Source: Chlamydiota bacterium
GTDB taxonomy: Bacteria; Chlamydiota; Chlamydiia; Chlamydiales; SM23-39
Assembly: GCA_039179045.1 (NCBI GenBank)
Contig: JBCDEZ010000025.1
Span: 1-21,271, forward strand
DNA length: 21,271 nucleotides
Direction of reading: 5' to 3'
Part shown: piece by piece, positions 7,511 through 16,139 of the stretch
Numbering within the stretch: position 1 is the first letter of the stretch
Layout of the letters: every line of letters begins with the position of its first letter
The notes under the pieces: generated by a model
What the model saw: only the letters and a program-made list of their open reading frames with translations
The model's database searches: none
Told to the model about the DNA's origin: nothing
Program-made: the position numbers and the translations under genes

Positions 7511-9037
7511 ATGAAGCCTCATTACCATGACCAAGAAGATTTCCAGGTACGCCTACAAAAGCTCCGCGAAATTCGCGATCTTGGAATCGACCCCTATCCC
7601 CACCAATTCCCTGGGACTACCCCCGTAGAGCGGATCTCAGAGAGCTTTTTGCAAGAAAACTCTTTTTTCGCAGAAGAGGCAAGTGAGGGATTGAGCCCAT
7701 CTGTACGCGCTTCTGGAAGGCTTGTTCTTTTTCGATCTATGGGTAAAAATGCTTTCGCGCAGATCCAGGAAAATGGGGAAACAATCCAGCTCATGTTCAA
7801 TAAAGAGCGGACCAAAGTAGAGGGCTTGAACTCCTCTTTGGGAATGGCACCGATGAAGTTCATCGAAAAAAAGCTCGATCTTGGAGACATCATCGGAGTG
7901 GAAGGCAACCTATTTCGTACCAAAAAGGGGGAAACCACAATCTACGTCAAGACGCTGACTCTTTTGACGAAAGCGCTGCTTCCCCTGCCTGACAAGCACG
8001 CAGGCTTGCAAGACCTCGGGATTCGCTACCAGAAGCGCTGGCTTGATCTCCTTGCGACCAAAGAGTCGGTAGCTCGATTCAAAAAGCGTTCTCAGATCCT
8101 GCATGAGATCCGCCTTTTCATGGAAAAAAAAGAGTTTCTCTCTGTCGAAACCCCCATCTTGCAAGACCTCTATGGGGGAGCGCAAGCAGATCCTTTTTGT
8201 ACCCAACTCAACGCCGCACATAAACCGATGTACTTGCGAATCGCCCTCGAGATCGCTCTGAAAAAGTTGCTCGTAGGCGGCCTTCCAAGAATCTACGAGA
8301 TAGGAAAAAATTTCCGCAACGAAGGGATTGACCGGACACACAACCCCGAGTTCACCATGCTCGAGGCGTATGCAGCCAACTGGGACTACAAGGACATGAT
8401 GGCTTTTGTAGAAGAGCTTTTCTCCTACCTTGCTAGGAGCGTTCTTGGGTCGGAAACCCTCTCCGTTGGGAAGCATACGATCTCACTTGGCGCCCCTTGG
8501 AAACGCATGTCGATGAAAGAGTCCCTAGCCATTTACGCCAACATCGACTTTGATGCTTTGTCGGATGATGAGCTCTCCCGCCTTCTTGTGGAGAAGAGCG
8601 CCCGAACAGCAGAAGAACTCTGCCGATTGTCCAGGGGATCTTTGATGGCTTTATGCTTTGAAGAATTTGTGGAAAGCCACCTGATTGAGCCACACCATAT
8701 CATCGACCATCCGATCGAGACGACCCCCTTTTGCAAACTGCATCGAGGAGAGAAAGAGAGGAAAGAAAAGCTAGTAGAGCGGTTTGAGAGTTTTCTACTC
8801 GGAACGGAGATGGTGAATGCCTACTCAGAGCTCAACGACCCTCTTTTGCAACGGAGCCTCCTCGAAGCGCAGCAAGCGCATCGGGAGGGGGAGCCGCAGC
8901 CACTAGATGAGGAATTTCTCGAAGCAATCTGCCAAGGGATGCCCCCCTCTGCTGGAGTGGGCATTGGAATCGATCGACTCGTGATGCTTTTGACAGGAAC
9001 CTCTTCGATCAAAGACGTGCTTTTTTTTCCCTTGTAA
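7511..9037 (+). CDS. lysS: Lysine--tRNA ligase (class II)
   Basis: N-terminal OB fold (GRLVLFRSMGKNAF), motif 2 FRNEGIDRTHNPEFTMLE, NAYSELNDP, motif 3 GMPPSAGVGIGIDRLVMLLT. ATG 7511 chosen because the ORF-track extension from 7316 does not resemble LysS. Confidence 0.98.
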   Translation: MKPHYHDQEDFQVRLQKLREIRDLGIDPYPHQFPGTTPVERISESFLQENSFFAEEASEGLSPSVRASGRLVLFRSMGKNAFAQIQENGETIQLMFNKERTKVEGLNSSLGMAPMKFIEKKLDLGDIIGVEGNLFRTKKGETTIYVKTLTLLTKALLPLPDKHAGLQDLGIRYQKRWLDLLATKESVARFKKRSQILHEIRLFMEKKEFLSVETPILQDLYGGAQADPFCTQLNAAHKPMYLRIALEIALKKLLVGGLPRIYEIGKNFRNEGIDRTHNPEFTMLEAYAANWDYKDMMAFVEELFSYLARSVLGSETLSVGKHTISLGAPWKRMSMKESLAIYANIDFDALSDDELSRLLVEKSARTAEELCRLSRGSLMALCFEEFVESHLIEPHHIIDHPIETTPFCKLHRGEKERKEKLVERFESFLLGTEMVNAYSELNDPLLQRSLLEAQQAHREGEPQPLDEEFLEAICQGMPPSAGVGIGIDRLVMLLTGTSSIKDVLFFPL

Positions 9038-9044
9038 AGTCGTC

Positions 9045-10451
9045 CTACTTGGACAAGGTGCTTCCCTTTTTCAGACGGGGTCCAGATGGGCTGTCTTCAA
9101 TCTGGTAGCCTAAAGATGTGATTTCATCTCTCCACCGGTCTGCCTCTTCCCAGTTTTTCTCCTTGCGCGCTTTTTCGCGGCAAGTGAGCGCATCGGCAAC
9201 GTTCTGCGGTACTGTTGCCTCTTTAGTAAAGCAGCATCCGAGAACTCGGTCCATATACCGCAACACCTGCAATGTATGCTGAGCTCCTTGCGAGGTTAGC
9301 ATGTTTTGATCCATCAAAAGATGCGCTGCGCGCAAGAGATCAAACAAAGATCCGAGAGCCAAAGAAATATTGAGATCATCGGCAAGAGCGCTCTTGAAGC
9401 GCTCGCAATAGGCGTCTGCAAAGAGATTTTCCCCGCCTGCCTTTTCCACCTGCTCTAGACGGTAGATCGCATCGCGGATCCTTTCTAAAGAAGAGCGCGC
9501 AGCATCGAGACCGTCGAAGGTGAAGTTCAAAGGAGAACGGTAATGCGTGTGCAAAAGCAAATAGCGTACTTCAAGAGGATCGTACCCTTTTGCGACAAGA
9601 TCGCGTAGTGTGTAAAAGTTGTTTTTCGACTTTGACATCTTTGCACCATCGACAATAAGGTGCGCTGCATGGCACCAGACGCGCACAAACAACTTGCCGG
9701 TACAACACTCTGACTGGGCGATCTCATTTTCATGGTGGGGAAAAATGTTATCGACCCCTCCGCAGTGGATATCGATTGTATCGCCTAAATGTTGCAAACA
9801 CATAGCAGAGCACTCGATGTGCCAACCAGGCCTGCCTCGACCAAAGGGACTTTCCCAAAAAATGGCACCATCTCTTTTGGGATGGTAGGCTTTCCAAAGA
9901 ACAAAGTCAGAGACACTCTCCTTGTCGTATTCGTCGAGGTGCAAGCGTCTACTTGCTCCTTGCTTGAGCTCAGAGAGGGAGAGGTGCGCAAGCTGCCCAT
10001 ACTTTTTGTAAGAAGAAATAGAAAAGTAGACGCTGCCGTCCCCTCCCTGGTAGGCATGCCCCTTTTCGCAAAGCTGCTCGATCATTGCAATCATACGGGG
10101 AATGTGCTCCGTAGCCTTGGGGTAGCCGTCTGCAGGCAGTATTGCAAGCGCGTCTAGATCTTCATGAAACCCTTGAAGGAACGGAGCGCAGAACTCTTCT
10201 AAAGAAGAGCCTTCCGCAATCGCTCCTCGGATAGTCTTATCATCCACATCGGTGATATTCATGACATGCTGGACTCTTGAGGAAAAAAGCAATAAGGATC
10301 GCTTTAAAAGATCTTCAAAAACATAGGTGCGCAGATTGCCAATGTGCGCGTAATTGTATACAGTAGGGCCGCAGGTATACAAAGAAATGGTATCTCCTGC
10401 AACAGGAGTTTTGCTGCGTGTTGCTGTATTGTACAGAAGAAATTCACTCAT
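9045..10451 (-). CDS. cysS: Cysteine--tRNA ligase
   Basis: Motifs YTCGPTVYNYAHIGN (HIGH), GRPGWHIECSAM, DIHCGGVDNIFPHHENEIAQ, KMSKS. ATG at 10451 overlaps the aas stop. Convergent with lysS, 7-bp gap. Confidence 0.98.
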   Translation of the reverse strand: MSEFLLYNTATRSKTPVAGDTISLYTCGPTVYNYAHIGNLRTYVFEDLLKRSLLLFSSRVQHVMNITDVDDKTIRGAIAEGSSLEEFCAPFLQGFHEDLDALAILPADGYPKATEHIPRMIAMIEQLCEKGHAYQGGDGSVYFSISSYKKYGQLAHLSLSELKQGASRRLHLDEYDKESVSDFVLWKAYHPKRDGAIFWESPFGRGRPGWHIECSAMCLQHLGDTIDIHCGGVDNIFPHHENEIAQSECCTGKLFVRVWCHAAHLIVDGAKMSKSKNNFYTLRDLVAKGYDPLEVRYLLLHTHYRSPLNFTFDGLDAARSSLERIRDAIYRLEQVEKAGGENLFADAYCERFKSALADDLNISLALGSLFDLLRAAHLLMDQNMLTSQGAQHTLQVLRYMDRVLGCCFTKEATVPQNVADALTCREKARKEKNWEEADRWRDEITSLGYQIEDSPSGPRLKKGSTLSK

Positions 10452-13137
10452 CAATATACAGGGATTGGAGTTTGCGATAGTCGATTTTTCCAGTACCAGT
10501 TAAAGGCATTTCTCCTAGTTTATGGATGCTTTTGATTTTTACCAACCGAGAAAATCCGGCTTTGCGCAAAAGTGCGTTGATCTGGGGCAGGGCTAGATCC
10601 AATGTACTAAACAAAACGAGCTGCACGTTTCCTTGCCGCTCCAAAAAGGAGACGGCAAGAGGGGGACTGTCCGAAGTGGAGAGCTGACTTGACAAAGCTT
10701 CTTCGACCGCTCCTAGACTCACCATCTCCCCTCCAATCTTGGCAAAGCGCTTCAATCTCCCCGACAAAATGAGATTGCCCTCTACATCGATTCTTCCGAG
10801 ATCTCCCGTAAGGTACCATCTCTTCCCAGAAAACTCGACAAATGGAAAGGTTTGCTTGTGCAAATACCCGGAAAAAACAGAGGGCCCAGAAACACAAAGC
10901 TCCCCCTCTTCTCCCGGAGGAAGTGGTTCTTTCGTGTCGGGATGAACGGTCGCGCAAGAAAGGCACGAAATCGGTTTTCCCAAACCGACCCAAGGCTTGC
11001 CTTGCTCATTCATTGAGACAACGGGAGAACACTCGGTGATTCCATATCCTTGCACAAAATCGATCGAAGGGCGAAGCGCTGTTACCTGATCGAGCAAGCT
11101 TGAGGAGGGCTTTTCTGCACCAGAAATCAAAAGCCGCAAAAAGCGGAGCTCTTCTTTTTGGGCTAAATGCAATACAGAGCGCAAAAAGCTGGGAGGAGCT
11201 GCAAAAATGGTCGCTTTCCACCTTTGCAATCCGTGGATGATGGCAAAGCTATCGGTAGGATCGGGATAAAAAGCGGTGCGAATCCCCGATAAAATAGGAA
11301 ACAGGCCCGTTACGGAAAGACCAAAGGAGTGGAATACAGGAAGAACGCCTAGGACGATGTCGTCTTTGTTTACCGAGAGGCTCTTGAGAGCCGAGCGCTC
11401 GTTCGAGAGGATATTTTCATGGGTTAGAGGAACGCCCTTAGGAACTGCCTCTGTCCCTGAAGTGAATAAGACTACTGCCACATCCTCTTTTTTGATCTGG
11501 TGGGCTCCGAAGGTGCGGAGCAGCCATGCAGTGGGCTTCATTGCGTGATAGAGCGTTTGACACTTTTTAGAAAAAGAGAGATTTTTCTTATAATCTTCGA
11601 GGTAGGCAATTTTTTCAGTTATCTCGCCAAATTCGACATACGAGAGCTTCTCCAAAAATTTCCAAGAAGAGATCACGAGATCAGCGTCAGTCTGCTCCAA
11701 AGTATCATTGAGAAATTTTGTCCCCAGGGTCCAATTGAGCATCACAGGCACCTTTCCCGCCAAGAGAAGGGCGAGTATGACGATATAGGCGGCGGAAGTG
11801 GCCGGAAGGAGCACTCCCACATGCTTTTTCTCAATCGATTGGAAAGATACAGCAAGAGCAATCACAGCTCTACGCATCTTCTGGTAGCTCAAAACTCCAG
11901 AGAGGTGATCTGCGCAAGCAGCATATTTGGACATCCGCTTGCAAGCAAGCAAGTAAGCTTCGATGATCGTGGAGCCCTCTGGAGGCGCAACCTCGGGGCG
12001 AGAGGTTTCACCGGGCCAGGAGGTTTCTACGAGCTCTTCCCGATGCCGTTCTGAATATTTTTGTCCTGCTGCTAAGTCTAGGACATCTTGGACCGTCTCA
12101 ATATCTTCCGGAGAGATATCACCAATATCGAAATGGTCGGCCAAATAGCCGGCCAAACCCGCTACATCCAAAGAATCCATGCCCAAATCGAGAGCTAGGT
12201 TCATGGTCTCTTCAATTTTTTCCTCTTCGAGCTTTGTGATCTGCGCGATTTCAGCAAAGATATCCTTTTTCTCTTCTACCGACAATCCTGGGTGCGTCGC
12301 ATCTTTTGCCCGCTTTTTGCACTCCTGGACCTCTGGATACACTTTCCGATAAAAGGCGTATGAGACGAGAGAAAGAGGCTCTTCTTGTACGTATCCATCT
12401 TTTGTGTGATAACGGTTGTACCACTCCTCTAAAAAGCGGTTGATCTCCAGACGGGATCCCTTCCTGGGAAAATGCGCAGGATTGGCAGCAATTTCAATCA
12501 GGACTCTCCTCCTTTTGCAGAAAAAAATCCCATTTTTGAGAAGTACCTTGAATCCCTGGAAAAAAGTTTTTTTCAAATCGGGAGACCGGTGCTCAAGAGC
12601 CCTGGAAAAGGAGCTGCCCCAAAGGCCCGTTGTACGAATCAGTACGAGACGCACATCAGGAACCCGCATCAAGAGCGTATGCACGCCAGATGCACCTCCA
12701 AGAATTTCCCGATTTGTTTTTTTCAGTCGTCCTGCAGGATAGATCAAAAAGGCATCCCCCTTTTCGAGGCCTTCGACTGCGAGATCGAGTGAGGTCGCCG
12801 CTTTTTTGATCTTGAGTTCATTGATCGACGTCTCTAGGTTCGGGATGGGAAGGGCGCGGACAAGCCGCATCAACCAGCGCAAAAATCGCTGCCGGTATAT
12901 GTATTCGACAACAAGAGGCCTCATCTGAAACTTGGGCCAAAGATAGAGATAAAGGATGATCGGATCGATATTAGCAGGGTGATTCGGCAGTAGGAGGAGT
13001 CCCTTTTTTTTCGCATCTTGAAAGCGCAAAGAGTCCTCTCCTCGGAGCTCTACCTTGTAGCGCAAAGAGAGCACTCCACGTAGACAAAAACAGAGCGTTT
13101 TTAGCAGAAAGAATTTGATCGATCGAAAAATATGCAA
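10444..13137 (-). CDS. aas: Aas-like fusion: PlsC-type acyltransferase, internal acyl carrier domain, acyl-ACP synthetase (897 aa)
   Basis: Acyltransferase motifs NHPANID (HX4D) and YPAGR. Phosphopantetheine-site motif DLGMDSLD (Ser322). Adenylation motifs FTSGTEAVPKG, QGYGITE, TGDLG, GRLKRFAKIGGE, TGKIDY. TTG start with AAGGA RBS. Confidence 0.92.
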   Translation of the reverse strand: MHIFRSIKFFLLKTLCFCLRGVLSLRYKVELRGEDSLRFQDAKKKGLLLLPNHPANIDPIILYLYLWPKFQMRPLVVEYIYRQRFLRWLMRLVRALPIPNLETSINELKIKKAATSLDLAVEGLEKGDAFLIYPAGRLKKTNREILGGASGVHTLLMRVPDVRLVLIRTTGLWGSSFSRALEHRSPDLKKTFFQGFKVLLKNGIFFCKRRRVLIEIAANPAHFPRKGSRLEINRFLEEWYNRYHTKDGYVQEEPLSLVSYAFYRKVYPEVQECKKRAKDATHPGLSVEEKKDIFAEIAQITKLEEEKIEETMNLALDLGMDSLDVAGLAGYLADHFDIGDISPEDIETVQDVLDLAAGQKYSERHREELVETSWPGETSRPEVAPPEGSTIIEAYLLACKRMSKYAACADHLSGVLSYQKMRRAVIALAVSFQSIEKKHVGVLLPATSAAYIVILALLLAGKVPVMLNWTLGTKFLNDTLEQTDADLVISSWKFLEKLSYVEFGEITEKIAYLEDYKKNLSFSKKCQTLYHAMKPTAWLLRTFGAHQIKKEDVAVVLFTSGTEAVPKGVPLTHENILSNERSALKSLSVNKDDIVLGVLPVFHSFGLSVTGLFPILSGIRTAFYPDPTDSFAIIHGLQRWKATIFAAPPSFLRSVLHLAQKEELRFLRLLISGAEKPSSSLLDQVTALRPSIDFVQGYGITECSPVVSMNEQGKPWVGLGKPISCLSCATVHPDTKEPLPPGEEGELCVSGPSVFSGYLHKQTFPFVEFSGKRWYLTGDLGRIDVEGNLILSGRLKRFAKIGGEMVSLGAVEEALSSQLSTSDSPPLAVSFLERQGNVQLVLFSTLDLALPQINALLRKAGFSRLVKIKSIHKLGEMPLTGTGKIDYRKLQSLYIDE

Positions 13138-13205
13138 AGTAGTTCCTTATTTTTTTTCTATTTTTATTTTATAAAGAAAAAGCAAAAACAAATATAATTT
13201 TGCCC

Positions 13206-13234
13206 TTGATAATAAAAAAACGCGCAATTAAATT
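13206..13234 (+). promoter_or_regulatory. Putative promoter for the small ORF at 13269, divergent from aas
   Basis: TTGATA (13206-13211), N17, TAAATT (13229-13234) in an AT-rich intergenic region. Confidence 0.45.
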
Positions 13235-13268
13235 AAAGATATAGCCAGATAAGAGACCTTAAGTATTT

Positions 13269-13442
13269 ATGTCAAAAAGCACTTCTAGACTAGCCAATGA
13301 GCTTCGCCAATCCACACGCGAACTATACAGTACTACAGAAGCACAATTTTTGCGCAAAAGACATGAACAAAAACGACTTTTCTCCCTAACAGAAAAAGTT
13401 GATTTGTTCGTACAAGAAAAAATGCGCGCGATGCACCTCTAA
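13269..13442 (+). CDS. Small hypothetical protein, 57 aa (MSKSTSRLANELRQSTRELYSTTEAQFLRKRHEQKRLFSLTEKVDLFVQEKMRAMHL)
   Basis: ATG 13269 to TAA 13440-13442, shorter than any ORF in the supplied track. Promoter-like sequence upstream. Weak stem (GATTTT/AAAATC) plus an 8-T run at 13450-13477 downstream. Charged, helical-looking sequence. Confidence 0.55.
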   Translation: MSKSTSRLANELRQSTRELYSTTEAQFLRKRHEQKRLFSLTEKVDLFVQEKMRAMHL

Positions 13443-13525
13443 TTTTCACGATTTTCTTGCGAAAAAATCTTTTTTTTGAAAAAAGGGTAGATGCAAGAGC
13501 ACATCATTCAACTTAAGGAGTTTTT

Positions 13526-13756
13526 ATGAACCAAGTCCCTCCACCTGCTGGCGAACCCTCCCTTCCCCCCATAGGAGCAAAGTCGGGAGCAAATCCTTTG
13601 AAGAATTCTGCCGCCCAGATTCATACAATAGCAATCGGCCTTATTCCGCATGGTCTCTCGCAAAAAGAGCCTTCTAACTTGGCCGGACGCGTAAAGCAAA
13701 CACCTCCCCCAGGTGTAGGCTCTATCGTGCAAAGGGTAGTCCATCCTTCTCGATAA
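13526..13756 (+). CDS. Small Pro/Ser/Gly-rich hypothetical protein, 76 aa
   Basis: Strong RBS TAAGGAG 5 nt before ATG. Fills the gap up to the convergent bioY stop. Low-complexity, probably disordered sequence. Confidence 0.7.
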   Translation: MNQVPPPAGEPSLPPIGAKSGANPLKNSAAQIHTIAIGLIPHGLSQKEPSNLAGRVKQTPPPGVGSIVQRVVHPSR

Positions 13757-13780
13757 TGAATTTTCGTCTTAGGAGAGGTG

Positions 13781-14320
13781 CTAGGGTGTTGTAGGCACCT
13801 TTTCGAGACGATGCAAAAAAGCCACTCCAAGGCAAGCTTTGATCAGATCCCAGGCAACAAAGGGAACAATGCCCTGAAAAAAAGCAGGTCCCATTCCCAC
13901 CCAGAATGAGAGATGGATCCAACCAGAGAGCAAAATCGCAAACAGTCCAGATATCAAAGCCAAAACCTTTCCGCGTAAATAAGGAAATCTTTGCGCTAGA
14001 TAAGCCGATAGGTAGGCAGCAAGAACATAACCAATCAAGTAACCTCCACTGGGCCCCAAGAGCATACCGATCCCCGACCGTCCATGAGAAAAGAAGGGAA
14101 ACCCTGAAATCCCCTCCAATAAGAACCAACCTGCCATCATCAAAGCTCCTTCCACTCCCAAATGCATTGCAACAAGGACGAATGCCAGGTTTTGAATGAT
14201 GAAGGGAACCGAAAGAAAGGGAAATGAGAAGGACATCGGGCCCAACAAACCGATACAGATGCTCCAAAACAAGGGCATGAGGAGCGCTTTTGCTCCATTT
14301 TTAGGAAGAACGTGGATCAT
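13781..14320 (-). CDS. bioY: Biotin transporter BioY (ECF S-component)
   Basis: Highly hydrophobic. BioY-like motifs VPFIIQN, GFPFFSHGRSG, LLGPSGGYLIGY, PFVAWDLIK. ATG 14320 with AAGGAG RBS, in an ATGA overlap with the NUDIX stop. Confidence 0.9.
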   Translation of the reverse strand: MIHVLPKNGAKALLMPLFWSICIGLLGPMSFSFPFLSVPFIIQNLAFVLVAMHLGVEGALMMAGWFLLEGISGFPFFSHGRSGIGMLLGPSGGYLIGYVLAAYLSAYLAQRFPYLRGKVLALISGLFAILLSGWIHLSFWVGMGPAFFQGIVPFVAWDLIKACLGVAFLHRLEKVPTTP

Positions 14321-14742
14321 AAGTGAAATCTCCTTGTGTGTAAAAAATCGAGAACCTCTTGCAAGAGGCATCGAGCGCCTTCATAACTCAAACAAAAGAG
14401 CGCTTCATCACCGGGAAGCCAAGCCCCTTGAGCAATCTCTTGCGGTAGAATGGATACAGATCCTACTACCTCGGCAAGATAGTAGTAAACCTCTTTTTCA
14501 AAAGATCGCCCTTTTCGGGAAAAAACGTACCGCTCTTTCCAAGGCTCGGAGCAAAGCTGCTGCCCGACTTGCAAACAAGTTTCCTCTTCGAGTTCTCTAC
14601 AAGCTGTCTGCCACAAAGTCTCTCCCTGAGCTTGCTTGCCTTTTGGAAATCCCCAGTGCAAGGATTGGGTATGCTGTACCAGGAAAAACTCCCAAACCGT
14701 GGAAAAGCGCACAGGAATGATGCCACAGGAAACCTCATCCAT
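14317..14742 (-). CDS. NUDIX hydrolase, probable Ap4A hydrolase (CT771-like)
   Basis: SCGIIP, then HWGFPKG and the Nudix box GKQAQGETLWQTACRELEEETCL, then KEVYYYLA. ATG 14742 overlaps the fabF stop. Confidence 0.9.
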   Translation of the reverse strand: MDEVSCGIIPVRFSTVWEFFLVQHTQSLHWGFPKGKQAQGETLWQTACRELEEETCLQVGQQLCSEPWKERYVFSRKGRSFEKEVYYYLAEVVGSVSILPQEIAQGAWLPGDEALFCLSYEGARCLLQEVLDFLHTRRFHL

Positions 14743-15976
14743 CGTAGATAGAAAAAACAAGTGAGCAGTTGTGCCCCCCAAATCCAAATGAATTAGAAAG
14801 GGCAGCGCCGATGGGATAGGCTTCTGCCTTGCCCGGGCAAAGGTGGAGACCCGAAGACTCAGGGCAGGGGTTATGTACATTCCGTGTGGGGTGCACTTTT
14901 TGCGTTTGAAGCGCCATCACCGTAGCAGCAGCCTCAAGGGCTCCTGCAGCCCCCAGACAGTGACCGATCATCGACTTGGTACTGTTCACACGAAGATGTG
15001 CTGTATGCCCTTGAAAAAGATCTTTGAGAGCTTTCGCTTCGCAGACATCTCCAGCAACCGTAGAGGTGGCGTGTGCGTTGACATAGTCAATCTGCTCAGG
15101 AAGAATACGAGCAGAGCGCAATGCTTTTTCCATACATCCCCGAATGCCTACCCCTTCTGGGTGTGGAGCCGTGATGTGGTACGCATCGCAGTTGGCAAAC
15201 CCTCCCAACAGGCGGGCATAGATTTTTGCTCCCCGTTTTTTGGCATGTTCTTCTTCCTCCAAAACAAAAACGCCTGAGCCCTCACCCATTACAAACCCAT
15301 CCCTTTCTCGGTCCCAGGGTCTAGAAGCTGCAGCAGGATCGTCATTGCGCTTAGAAAGAGCCTTCATCGATAGAAATCCTGCCATCCCGATCGGATTGAT
15401 AGCAGCCTCGGCCCCTCCGGCAATCATCACATCAACATCTCCTCTTTGTAGAGTCTCCCAAGCAGCTAAAAGGCAATTGTTCGCAGTAGCGCAGGCAGTG
15501 GAGATCGAGTAATTCGGCCCTTGAAATCCGTGTTGAATAGCGAATATACCTCCCGCCATATTCGTGATGATCGAGGGGACAAAAAAGGGAGTTAGCCTTT
15601 TGTAGCCATACTGATCGACCACCAAAGATCCATCAGAAAACGAGCCCATACCTCCCATCCCAGAACCGATGATGACCCCAACTCTTTCTGTAGGCTCCCC
15701 TGTTTGCAATTTTGCATCTTGCACGGCCTTTTCCCCTGCAACCATCGCATAGAGAATGAACCGGTCGACTCTGCGTATCAACCTGGTATCGAGAATATCT
15801 TCGGGGGCAAAGTCGGTCACCTCGGCCGCAAACTGCGTAGGCTGGGAAGAGACGTCAAACGAAGAAATCGGGCGAGCTCCACTCGCGCCGAGTAGGAGTT
15901 GGTTGTAAAAGTGTTGGAGGTCTGATCCGAAGCAAGAGACAATACCCATACCCGTGATGACAACATTTCTTCGCAT
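14735..15976 (-). CDS. fabF: 3-oxoacyl-ACP synthase II
   Basis: Motifs VVITGMG, TACATA (catalytic Cys), NAHATST, STKSMIGHCLGAAG, SNSFGFGGHN. Start at ATG 15976. Confidence 0.97.
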   Translation of the reverse strand: MRRNVVITGMGIVSCFGSDLQHFYNQLLLGASGARPISSFDVSSQPTQFAAEVTDFAPEDILDTRLIRRVDRFILYAMVAGEKAVQDAKLQTGEPTERVGVIIGSGMGGMGSFSDGSLVVDQYGYKRLTPFFVPSIITNMAGGIFAIQHGFQGPNYSISTACATANNCLLAAWETLQRGDVDVMIAGGAEAAINPIGMAGFLSMKALSKRNDDPAAASRPWDRERDGFVMGEGSGVFVLEEEEHAKKRGAKIYARLLGGFANCDAYHITAPHPEGVGIRGCMEKALRSARILPEQIDYVNAHATSTVAGDVCEAKALKDLFQGHTAHLRVNSTKSMIGHCLGAAGALEAAATVMALQTQKVHPTRNVHNPCPESSGLHLCPGKAEAYPIGAALSNSFGFGGHNCSLVFSIYDG

Positions 15977-16000
15977 ACCTATCCCCAAATTTCCCTCTTC

Positions 16001-16063
16001 AAGGGCTTTTCCCTTGCCATCTTACACAATTTGCATAGATCCTCTCAAGCAGGAAAACCCCTT
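16001..16063 (-). promoter_or_regulatory. Putative fabF promoter bracketed by a 12-bp inverted repeat
   Basis: Minus strand TTGAGA (16048-16043), N18, TAAGAT (16024-16019). Flanking inverted repeat AAGGGCTTTTCC (16001-16012) and GGAAAACCCCTT (16052-16063), 11/12 match. Confidence 0.45.
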
Positions 16064-16139
16064 TTCCTAACCGGAAAAAGAGGATGCAATCCTCGCTAAG
16101 AACCGAACCTTTACCGAGGGAATCGCTCGAAGCGTTTCT

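Noticed and set aside
14356..14369. Perfect 14-bp palindrome CCTCTTGCAAGAGG upstream of bioY (possible BirA site)
   Set aside because: It lies within the NUDIX coding sequence (CLLQEV) and does not match the BirA-type spaced palindrome. Probably chance.
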